DNA from: Candidatus Omnitrophota bacterium
GTDB taxonomy: Bacteria > Omnitrophota > Gorgyraeia > Zapsychrales > Fredricksoniimonadaceae
Reading direction: 5' to 3'
Length of the DNA: 64,000 nucleotides
Assembly (NCBI GenBank): GCA_037131245.1
Contig: JBAXRK010000001.1
Coordinates: 152,385-216,384, forward strand
Both the position numbers and the translations under genes were made by a program. Below the pieces are notes generated by a model that saw only the letters and a program-made list of their open reading frames with translations, was not told where the DNA came from and searched no databases. This document shows, piece after piece, positions 30,302 to 37,444 of the stretch. The first letter of the stretch is position 1, and every line of letters starts with the position of its first letter.

Positions 30302-30931
30302 CTACCCCCTTAGTCCCGTCATGATAAATATCGTGAACTTCCGCTTCTTTCCATCGGCGTCGGGCTTTGACATTTCGGCCGCCGGATGGTCCCGCAGATC
30401 TGCAAAACCGGCCTCAATGAATTGCGCGCGCAGCGCCGCCCGATCGAACCCGTGATGATGGACGCCTTGATGATCATCGTGAAAGCGCCCCTGCTCGGGG
30501 TCCAGGTCCGTGACCGACAGGATCCCGCCTGAATGAAGCGCGTCGTAAAGCCTTTTTAACAAAAACCCCGTATCCTTCACATGATGCAAGGCCATGTTCA
30601 CGGCAATAAAATGATATTTCCCGGGGATCGGCCCGGCATGATCCTGATCAATGAACAGGGTCCTGACCCGGGCAACACCTTCACGATGGATCTTCTCTTT
30701 AAAAACGTCCAGCATGACCTTTGACGCGTCGGCGCCGGTGACCGAACGGACCTTGGGGCGGAGCGCCAGCGCCAGATTCCCGGTGCCGCAGCCAAAATCC
30801 AGCATGTCCATGGAAGGTGTCAACGCAACGTAGCGGACGATAGCCCGAGCTACTTCCCGCGCCAACTTCAGGCGCGGCGGCGTATCCCAAAAGGCAGCCG
30901 CTTTGTCGAAGCCATGCAATTCCTCGCTCAT
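30302..30931 (-). CDS. Class I SAM-dependent methyltransferase
   Basis: Motif I MLDFGCGTGNLAL, followed by VTGADASKVML and FIAVNMALHH. Confidence 0.8.
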   Translation of the reverse strand: MSEELHGFDKAAAFWDTPPRLKLAREVARAIVRYVALTPSMDMLDFGCGTGNLALALRPKVRSVTGADASKVMLDVFKEKIHREGVARVRTLFIDQDHAGPIPGKYHFIAVNMALHHVKDTGFLLKRLYDALHSGGILSVTDLDPEQGRFHDDHQGVHHHGFDRAALRAQFIEAGFADLRDHPAAEMSKPDADGKKRKFTIFIMTGLRG

Positions 30932-31242
30932 AACGCCCCCTTTTGCAATTCCATCGCTTTTAATCTCGGGCAGTTGATCTTGAGCCTCTTTCCCTTAATG
31001 AGCGCCTCCCCGATCTTGGCATGAGCGCGCGTCACAATATTCCCGAAAGTCTGACGCGAGATCTTCATCTGTTTAGCGGCGTCTTCCTGATAAAAACCTT
31101 CCACGTCAGCCAGGCGCACAGCTTCCAGCTCATCGACCTCAAGCACGACTTCCTGACGCGCGTGCGGCGGAATGCCGCGCGGGTCAAAATAGAAAGCCTT
31201 CAGGTCAAGGCAGATCTTACGGCTCTTACGCGGACGCGGCAT
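30928..31242 (-). CDS. DUF134/UPF0251 putative DNA-binding protein
   Basis: MPRPRKSRKI... N-terminus and a sigma-70 region-4-like HTH LEAVRLADVEGFYQEDAAKQMKISRQTFGNIVTRAHAKI. Confidence 0.7.
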   Translation of the reverse strand: MPRPRKSRKICLDLKAFYFDPRGIPPHARQEVVLEVDELEAVRLADVEGFYQEDAAKQMKISRQTFGNIVTRAHAKIGEALIKGKRLKINCPRLKAMELQKGAL

Positions 31243-31259
31243 AACGCTCCTTCAAACAG

Positions 31260-31281
31260 ATTATTAGCATATGCCAATAAT
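31260..31281. promoter_or_regulatory. 22-bp near-perfect palindrome (candidate operator)
   Basis: ATTATTAGCATATGCCAATAAT: arms ATTATT/AATAAT and core GCATATGC are symmetric, with one mismatched pair. It overlaps the -10 of the DUF134 operon promoter. Confidence 0.5.
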
Positions 31282-31305
31282 ACCCTATGGCCATCGATCT
31301 GTCAA
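31277..31305 (-). promoter_or_regulatory. Candidate sigma70 promoter of the DUF134-methyltransferase-TolC-RND operon
   Basis: Minus strand reads TTGACAgatcgatggccatagggTATTAT (17-nt spacer). GAAGGAG lies 4 nt before the ATG at 31242. Confidence 0.55.
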
Positions 31306-31333
31306 GAAAAACGAGCGGCTGGCAGAAGAACCC

Positions 31334-31362
31334 TTGACATGCCCCGGCGTGCCTGCCATACT
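31334..31362 (+). promoter_or_regulatory. Candidate sigma70 promoter of fur
   Basis: TTGACAtgccccggcgtgcctgcCATACT (17-nt spacer), divergent from the DUF134 promoter. Confidence 0.45.
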
Positions 31363-31404
31363 CTATATAGGAAATGAAAACCATTACCTGTAAGGAATAC
31401 GGCC

Positions 31405-31878
31405 ATGAAAAACCATCCCAGCGAACTTCAGAGCAAGATCAACAGCCAGGGGTACCGGATCACCAAACCCCGCCAAAAGATCATTGACGCTTTAAGCCAT
31501 TCCAAGAACTGCCTGAGCGTTGATGATATTTACATGGCCATACGGGCCAAAGGAGATAGTGTCGGGGTCACCACGATCTACCGGGCGGTCGATAGCCTGG
31601 CCAAGGCCGGTATTATCAGAAAATTATCACTTATCAGTGGAAAAACCTCTTACGAGCTCATTGACCCTGAGCTTAAGCACCACCATCACCTGATCTGCCG
31701 CAGCTGCCAGCGGGTCATCGATTACTCTGACTTTATTAATGAAGAGGTACTGCTCATCAAGAAACTGGAAAAGATCGTTTCACAGACCCATCATTTTGAT
31801 ATTGAAGACCATATGCTGTCGTTTACCGGGCTTTGTCAGCTATGTCAAAAACCAGGATCAATGAATAAAGTGAGGTGA
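31405..31878 (+). CDS. fur: Fur-family metalloregulator
   Basis: wHTH (RITKPRQKIIDAL...VTTIYRAVDSL), HHHHLIC regulatory site, CRSC and CQLC structural Zn pairs. AAGGAA RBS. Confidence 0.85.
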   Translation: MKNHPSELQSKINSQGYRITKPRQKIIDALSHSKNCLSVDDIYMAIRAKGDSVGVTTIYRAVDSLAKAGIIRKLSLISGKTSYELIDPELKHHHHLICRSCQRVIDYSDFINEEVLLIKKLEKIVSQTHHFDIEDHMLSFTGLCQLCQKPGSMNKVR

Positions 31879-31883
31879 TCTAT

Positions 31884-32009
31884 ATGTATAGCCTACTCTT
31901 TAGAACAGGATGTTTCGTTGGCAGAGCGTTCTTCCCGGTTTTAGCCATTGGCGCTGTCGTTGCCGCGATCGTGATCGCCGCGTCAAAGAACACAGAAACC
32001 GAGAAGTAA
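31884..32009 (+). CDS. Small hydrophobic peptide (41 aa), below ORF-track cutoff
   Basis: Hand translation: MYSLLFRTGCFVGRAFFPVLAIGAVVAAIVIAASKNTETEK. GAGG lies 8 nt upstream inside the fur stop region. Followed by a hairpin. Confidence 0.4.
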   Translation: MYSLLFRTGCFVGRAFFPVLAIGAVVAAIVIAASKNTETEK

Positions 32010-32018
32010 CGTTACCAG

Positions 32019-32047
32019 GGCCGCAGCTGATCCTGATGGCTGCGGCC
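32019..32047 (+). terminator. Stem-loop after fur and the small ORF
   Basis: GGCCGCAGC-11 nt-GCTGCGGCC (9-bp perfect stem). No clear U-tract. Confidence 0.4.
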
Positions 32048-32063
32048 AAACTGCAATAATAAC

Positions 32064-32092
32064 TTGACACCCACACTTTAGTGTGGTAATGT
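32064..32092 (+). promoter_or_regulatory. Candidate sigma70 promoter with embedded inverted repeat, giving a leaderless Bro-N transcript
   Basis: TTGACAcccacactttagtgtggTAATGT (17-nt spacer). The spacer contains CCACAC-TTTA-GTGTGG. Only 6 nt separate the -10 from the ATG at 32099, and there is no SD. Confidence 0.5.
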
Positions 32093-32098
32093 TTATTT

Positions 32099-32929
32099 AT
32101 GAATAACGAGATAACCATCTTCGAAGATTACAAGATCCGCCGTATTTATGATGAGCCGACGGAAACATGGCACTTCTCCGTTGTGGACGTCATTCAAGCC
32201 TTAATTCAACAGCCTGACTACCAGACAGCCAGAAAATACTGGAATAAACTTAAAGAGCGCCTTCGTCAGGAAGGAAGTCAGTCGGTGACAAAATGTCACC
32301 AACAGAAATTGCTTGCGGCCGATGGTAAAAAGTATCTAACCGATGTCGCGACAGCGGAAATCCTTCTGCGCCTGGTTCAGTCCATCCCCAGCCCTAAAGC
32401 TGAACCGATCAAACTCTGGCTCGCCAAAGTCGGCTATGAACGCATGCAAGAAATAGCCGACCCCGCCCTTTCGCTTAACCGTGCCAGGGAAACCTGGAAA
32501 AAACACGGCCGCAGCTCTCAATGGATCCAGCAACGGATGCTGGGCCAGGAGACTCGCAACAAATTAACGGATTACTGGAAAGAGAATGATATTAACAAGC
32601 CTGACGAATTTGCCATTCTGACAAACATCATTCATCAGGAATGGGCCGAAGTCACTGTCAAAGAACACAAGGCCCTGAAGGGACTAAAAACACAGAACTT
32701 GCGCGATCATATGAACGAGGCGGAACTTATCTTTACCGCCCTTGCCGAAATGTCCAGCCGTAAGATCGCTGAAAGCGTGGAAGCCAAAGGCATGCCGGAA
32801 AATGCGCGGGCCGGCAAGAAGGGAGGCGGCATCGCCCGTAAAGCCAGGATCGAGTTAGAAACCGCCACCGGCAAGAAAGTCATTTCGGCCGGCAATTATT
32901 TGACGACGAAAGAGTTACCACGGCCGTAA
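32099..32929 (+). CDS. Bro-N domain protein (antirepressor-like)
   Basis: ITIFEDYKIRRIYDEPTETWHFSVVDVIQAL... and IQSIPSPKAEPIKLWLAKVGYERMQEI resemble the widespread Bro-N family. Visibly AT-richer than surrounding genes. The 3' end overlaps the convergent CDF-NifX gene by 15 nt. Confidence 0.7.
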   Translation: MNNEITIFEDYKIRRIYDEPTETWHFSVVDVIQALIQQPDYQTARKYWNKLKERLRQEGSQSVTKCHQQKLLAADGKKYLTDVATAEILLRLVQSIPSPKAEPIKLWLAKVGYERMQEIADPALSLNRARETWKKHGRSSQWIQQRMLGQETRNKLTDYWKENDINKPDEFAILTNIIHQEWAEVTVKEHKALKGLKTQNLRDHMNEAELIFTALAEMSSRKIAESVEAKGMPENARAGKKGGGIARKARIELETATGKKVISAGNYLTTKELPRP

Positions 32930-34009
32930 CCACTGGATACGGCTGCGGCCGAAACCGGTGGCCGCATTGGCTGAAGAAGCCATTTTCAAGCGACCGGCTT
33001 GATAATCCGCGAAGGTTGAGCCCACCGTCTGCAGCGTATCAAAATAATAGATCCTGACCCCCTGCCCTCTTAATTCCGAGAACATATGCGGTCCCACCTT
33101 CCCCGCCAGCACCACGCCGATCCGGCTCTCACGGACGATCGACCCGAGAATAATACTTTCTTCCACGTTATACATCCGGCTATTGTTAGCTCGGATCGAG
33201 GTGGTTTTTTTCTTAAGGTCGAGCAGGCAGAAATACGGCGCCCGCCCCAGCAACGTTGAGACCGGACCGTCCCACATGCCGGTTTCAGCCGGAATAAGGA
33301 TCATGTTGCGCCGCGCCAGTGTGTCCTCCACGCCGCGCGTAAAAACGAACATGATCGCAACCGCCAACGCCGCCAGCGAAAATGCCACGCGTTGTTTTGT
33401 TTCCAGAGAGACCTTGGCGCGCTCCTTTTCAAAATACTCTTTGAAGATCTGCATCGCGCCCTGGATCTGAAAGCCCCCGATCACGATCGCCCCGATCGGG
33501 TCACAGTAAACCAATCCCATGACCGCGAGAAATATCCCCAGGAACCCGAAACAAGCCGCGAAAAGATTCGTCTTGTTCTGGATCATGAACATAAATAAAT
33601 TGCTGTTCTTCGGATCGCGCTCCAGCGCTTTCGATGAGATGTAATACAAGTAGCCATTAGCCAGGATCGAAATTTTTGCGACCAACAAGGCAAAGAGTCC
33701 CGGGCGGGCCGGAATACGCGACACAATGATCGCGATATTATCCGCGCAGATCCACACTCCCGACAGGAACATGATCGCCCCGATCAGAATGCTCTGCGTC
33801 GCAAGAGAGAGCCTTTTGTCCCTGGCCCCGTGATAATTGATCCCGAACGCGAAACAATCCGAGAACGAATGCACCGCCTCAGCCACCAGCACTTTACTGC
33901 CGGTCACCAATCCCACCACCGCCTTGATCAGCGTCATACTGATGTGATAGATCAGGGACCAGGAAACAACCTTTTCCTGCTCAGCGGCATCGGCTTTTTT
34001 ACGGTTCAT
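32915..34009 (-). CDS. CDF-like membrane domain fused to a C-terminal NifX/NafY-like (FeMo-cofactor-carrier fold) domain
   Basis: Start moved to ATG 34009..34007, which overlaps the upstream TGA (ATGA). TM2-type AEAVHSFSD. No CDF cytoplasmic domain; instead an extra TM and LGRAPYFCLLD...GVVLAGKVGPHMFSELRGQGVRIYY. Confidence 0.7.
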   Translation of the reverse strand: MNRKKADAAEQEKVVSWSLIYHISMTLIKAVVGLVTGSKVLVAEAVHSFSDCFAFGINYHGARDKRLSLATQSILIGAIMFLSGVWICADNIAIIVSRIPARPGLFALLVAKISILANGYLYYISSKALERDPKNSNLFMFMIQNKTNLFAACFGFLGIFLAVMGLVYCDPIGAIVIGGFQIQGAMQIFKEYFEKERAKVSLETKQRVAFSLAALAVAIMFVFTRGVEDTLARRNMILIPAETGMWDGPVSTLLGRAPYFCLLDLKKKTTSIRANNSRMYNVEESIILGSIVRESRIGVVLAGKVGPHMFSELRGQGVRIYYFDTLQTVGSTFADYQAGRLKMASSANAATGFGRSRIQWLRPW

Positions 34010-34914
34010 TTCAATTTCCCCCGAATATGAACAAGGCACTTGCGGCATTTATCTCTTTTATCGCGCGCCGCCCCCTGCATCTGGCCGTCGCACCAGGTAT
34101 GGTCGATCTCCCAGCAATGCTTCCCATGATTGGGGAAAGACGGGCACTGCACCTGCCGCTCAGCGGGGCAATTTAAGATCTCCCAGCAATTCGACTTCAT
34201 CGTGGTCGAGCAATAAACCTTAAGGTCGCCGGTGCGCTTTTTCATCTCCAGGATCAATTTATCCCGCCCGTCCTTGCTATCAAGGTCCTTCCGGCCGATA
34301 TCCTCCAGGAACCCCTCCATGTTCTTGCAATAATCCCTGACCGCGTTAAGCAAATGCTTGGTGCGCGCGTTCACTTCCTCATCAGGCATCGCGTCGCGCC
34401 AGACCTCGAAACCGCCAAGCACGCGCCCTTTCTTATCGATCAGCGGGCCGGCGGAAACCACTATCGAATGCTCCCTGTTAATACGGTCGATCACCTTGAC
34501 CCTTTTGCCGATCACGGACTTGCGCGTTTTCATCGCCTGCTTGATCGCACAATGATTAGTGCACAGGTCGCTCTTGAAAATATCCGCGCAAACCACCTTT
34601 CCGATCGCGTCATTCAGGTTCAAGCCCGTAAAATCAAGACAGGCCGGATTCATGAACTGGATCTTCATATCCTTGTCGACCACGAAGAACGGATAGGTGG
34701 ACGCGCGTAAAATACTCACCGCGAAGGTCGCCATGTCTTCAAAATCACCGAAAGCCTTGGTCTTGGACGAAAGGAAGTCCAGGAAATCATCCTGCGCCCC
34801 ATCCTCACCCGAACCAGCCTTCTTTTTTGAACCGCGATGCTCTTCGGTGGTTTTAAGCGGCGCCTTTACCGCCCTGAGTTCACTGAGGATCTTGGCCATC
34901 CGGTCGAAGTTCAT
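34006..34914 (-). CDS. Stand-alone PAS sensor with C-terminal double CWE cysteine-rich (two-CW-like) domain
   Basis: PAS core FFVVDKDMKIQFMNPACLDFTG... with CADIFKSDLCTNHC. C-terminus NCWEILNCPAERQVQCPSFPNHGKHCWEIDHTWCDG...CRKC. Confidence 0.65.
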   Translation of the reverse strand: MNFDRMAKILSELRAVKAPLKTTEEHRGSKKKAGSGEDGAQDDFLDFLSSKTKAFGDFEDMATFAVSILRASTYPFFVVDKDMKIQFMNPACLDFTGLNLNDAIGKVVCADIFKSDLCTNHCAIKQAMKTRKSVIGKRVKVIDRINREHSIVVSAGPLIDKKGRVLGGFEVWRDAMPDEEVNARTKHLLNAVRDYCKNMEGFLEDIGRKDLDSKDGRDKLILEMKKRTGDLKVYCSTTMKSNCWEILNCPAERQVQCPSFPNHGKHCWEIDHTWCDGQMQGAARDKRDKCRKCLVHIRGKLK

Positions 34915-35820
34915 TTATTTTCCCCCAAATTCAATATAAAAATCAACACTCCCCACTTCGGCAAAAGCGCCAGTCAAAGCCATGCGCAATCGCCCCAACT
35001 CCTGCCTGCACTCGTCCACCGTCACAGGCGGACAATGCAGCGTTATCCCCAGCCAGAACTTTTTCCCCACACGCTTGAATTTCAGCGCGCTCATTCGATA
35101 TGGCGCGAAATCCCGGTGGATCAACTGTGTGACCCCATGGCGGAACACCGGGTCGGGTGAGCGGTCAAGCACCACCCTCAAATTGCTTTGCCAGTGCCCC
35201 AGCGCATCTTTAATGATGATGACGCCCACGATCAGCGCCGCGACCTTATCAACAAAAGCGAAAGCCGGCCCGAACTGCGCGACAATGATCGCCACAATGA
35301 CCGCGCCCGATGAAAAAAGGTCAGCCCCCGCGTGGCAGGCATTCGCCACCATCCCCGGGCTTTCGAGCTTTGTTCCGGCGCAAAAGTTATACCGGTACAT
35401 CATGTATGTCAGAAAGGTCGACACCAGCACGATCGGCAGAGCCATGATGTCCGGTGTTACAAAATCACGCCGCATGATCGCCAGCACATTCGAGAGCACG
35501 ATGAACAGCCCCAGTCCGATCAGGACGCTAAAAGCCGAAAGAGCCGCGATGAACTCGATCCGGGCATAGCCGTAAGGAAATTTCTCGTCCGACTTGCGCT
35601 CGACAAAAACCAGACTGACCATGATCAGAATGCTGGTCGCGACACAGGATAATGACTGCAACCCGTCCGCGACCAGGCCCGAGCTATTCGTGAACGCGCC
35701 ACCCGCCAGCTTAAGGCCCGACATGAGGACATTACCCGCCACCGTAAGCCCCAACACCCGCTGCGAACAGATCCGGCAGGCTTTAAGATTGGTTGACGCG
35801 CACATCGGCTTCTCGGTCAC
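34915..35820 (-). CDS. Cation diffusion facilitator, MamB-like paralog
   Basis: N-terminal CRIC, TM2 ADGLQSLSC, FPYGYARIEF, TM5 HAGAD, C-terminal CDF domain. 301 aa. Confidence 0.75.
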   Translation of the reverse strand: MTEKPMCASTNLKACRICSQRVLGLTVAGNVLMSGLKLAGGAFTNSSGLVADGLQSLSCVATSILIMVSLVFVERKSDEKFPYGYARIEFIAALSAFSVLIGLGLFIVLSNVLAIMRRDFVTPDIMALPIVLVSTFLTYMMYRYNFCAGTKLESPGMVANACHAGADLFSSGAVIVAIIVAQFGPAFAFVDKVAALIVGVIIIKDALGHWQSNLRVVLDRSPDPVFRHGVTQLIHRDFAPYRMSALKFKRVGKKFWLGITLHCPPVTVDECRQELGRLRMALTGAFAEVGSVDFYIEFGGK

Positions 35821-36701
35821 GCGCCCTCCTTTAATGACATCCCCAGGAACAACTCATGCGGCCTGTCGAGCTTCCTGCGCAGCGCATCTTTCACTCTTTT
35901 TCCGGTGGCTGTCACCTCATTCATGGAAGCCCCGGCGCCCACACCCAGCGTCAGCATGATCTCCAGCACATGGCCCGACCGCGACACCCGAAGAGCCTCA
36001 ACAGCCACCGACGGCTTTACCTTCATGACCAGCTTTCTGATCTCACCGGTCAGCTCTTCATCACCAGCAGCATCCATCAAACCCTTGAAAGCGGACTTCA
36101 AATAAACAATGCCATAGATGATCATGAAGAACGCGGTCAGGATCGCGCAGGCATAATCAGGCAAGGTCGCCCCGTGACGGGCGATGACCACGGTAAAAAC
36201 CGTCAGGATCGATAGCAGGAAATCCGTGCTGAGGGCCAGCGCCATATCGCGGTTATCCACCTCGGGAATATCCCATATCTTGTTCCCGCTCCAGAAGATC
36301 ATGATCAAACCACCCAGCGCTACCACCAACGAAACCCAGGCCGCCAGCATCTGCGGCGGATAAAGCGTATGAAAGAACACCATATGCCCGGTGGAATACA
36401 GCAGCATCCCTGTGCTCAACGTGATCAACAGAGAAGCCCCCAGGACAATGATAAATTCCAACTTGTCTGCATTAAAGTTAACGCGGGCGCCTCGAGCGGG
36501 ATGCATACGACCGATGCGGATCAAACTCACCACCGCGAGAAAAACCCCGAACAAAGAAAACAGCCCGGAGACCAGCAGGGTTTTTGACCCGGCCAGACCC
36601 CCAAAAACCACTTTCACTAAAAATGATGCCAGAAAAAAGTAGAACAGCCCGTAAACCGTGAACTCTTTCTTTTCTTTGGCAACATCGACCATCTTCTTCA
36701 T
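35817..36701 (-). CDS. Cation diffusion facilitator-like protein with degenerate transport-site residues
   Basis: Start moved to ATG 36701 (MKKMVDV..., AAGGGA RBS) to remove the 130-nt overlap with the upstream gene. Six TM plus a CDF C-terminal fold (LMDAAGDE...VEALRVSRSGHVLEIMLTL). TM2 has no His/Asp (VSGLFSLFG). Confidence 0.65.
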   Translation of the reverse strand: MKKMVDVAKEKKEFTVYGLFYFFLASFLVKVVFGGLAGSKTLLVSGLFSLFGVFLAVVSLIRIGRMHPARGARVNFNADKLEFIIVLGASLLITLSTGMLLYSTGHMVFFHTLYPPQMLAAWVSLVVALGGLIMIFWSGNKIWDIPEVDNRDMALALSTDFLLSILTVFTVVIARHGATLPDYACAILTAFFMIIYGIVYLKSAFKGLMDAAGDEELTGEIRKLVMKVKPSVAVEALRVSRSGHVLEIMLTLGVGAGASMNEVTATGKRVKDALRRKLDRPHELFLGMSLKEGA

Positions 36702-36712
36702 ATCATTTCCCT

Positions 36713-37426
36713 TTATATCGCCGCCGGCTTCAAGCCATTGATCTGATGGCAATTCGAACATACCCCGCGATACACATGCGGCATCTGGGTCGTATTGGCC
36801 GGGATCGTGATATCCGGCCTGACGACATGGCAGTTCTCGCACACACCGCGAAACTCATGAAGCATATTCGCGTCGCGGAAGATCGGCGGAGGCGTCACAC
36901 CCTGATTGAGCGCGATCTGTTGAAACCCGTTATTAGCCTTTGGCGCTACCGGGATCATCTGGCCGCAACGCGGGCAGCGCGTATAACCGCGGTTCCAGCA
37001 ATTGACATCATTGAATGTGAACTTGCACTGCGGACAAGTGAAGGTCCCCATCTGACGGCCCTGGCCGAAAGCCACTGGCTGCGCGGGGGGCGTCGCGTTT
37101 GGAAAACAATTCGTCACCGTTGGACAGGTCGCGCAACCCGGTGGAATAAAAGCGGCCGGCTGAGCCGGATTGGTGGTGGCGTTAGGAAAACATTGCGTCA
37201 CGGTCGGACATGTCGCGCAAGCCGGAGGAATAAAGGCCGCTTGCTGTGCCCCGTTCCCGCGCCCGACTGACTGGCCCGGCAATGGCACATTGCCACCCTT
37301 AAATAGGGCCGTGCAAAATAGCACGAATAATACCGTCACCGCGGCACCCGCCAGCCAGACATTCCTGGTGCCGGAACCGGTGCATTTCTCCCACGCTTTC
37401 TCGATCCCATCCTCATGATGCTTCAT
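36713..37426 (-). CDS. Double-magnetochrome protein with Cys-rich tandem repeat and zinc ribbon (MamT/MamP-like class)
   Basis: TM. Two copies of AAFIPP(A/G)CATCPTVT(Q/N)CFPNAT. CPQC...CPRC. HEFRGVCENCH and HVYRGVCSNCH. Confidence 0.8.
   Translation of the reverse strand: MKHHEDGIEKAWEKCTGSGTRNVWLAGAAVTVLFVLFCTALFKGGNVPLPGQSVGRGNGAQQAAFIPPACATCPTVTQCFPNATTNPAQPAAFIPPGCATCPTVTNCFPNATPPAQPVAFGQGRQMGTFTCPQCKFTFNDVNCWNRGYTRCPRCGQMIPVAPKANNGFQQIALNQGVTPPPIFRDANMLHEFRGVCENCHVVRPDITIPANTTQMPHVYRGVCSNCHQINGLKPAAI
37076..37240 (-). repeat. In-frame tandem duplication (~81 nt x2) encoding a CxxCx6C module
   Basis: aa 63-90 and 91-117 of the 237-aa protein are near-identical. Confidence 0.8.
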
Positions 37427-37444
37427 ATATTATCCCTTTCAAGT

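Noticed and set aside
28571-31242. Search for a hidden membrane-fusion (adaptor) gene in the RND operon
   Set aside because: All frames between the DUF134 gene and the RND gene are accounted for by the methyltransferase, C_GCAxxG and TolC-like genes with 1-4-nt junctions. No space or alternative frame could encode an adaptor of ~350 aa.
31260-31281. Reading the palindrome as a canonical Fur box
   Set aside because: It matches neither the GATAATGATAATCATTATC consensus nor the 7-1-7 TGATAATnATTATCA form; only the AT-rich arms are reminiscent. It is kept as an operator of unknown specificity.
31900-32118. 72-aa minus-strand ORF between fur and the Bro-N gene
   Set aside because: It runs antisense through the 41-aa plus-strand ORF, the hairpin and the Bro-N promoter. 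It has no RBS and an odd composition. The plus-strand elements are more coherent.
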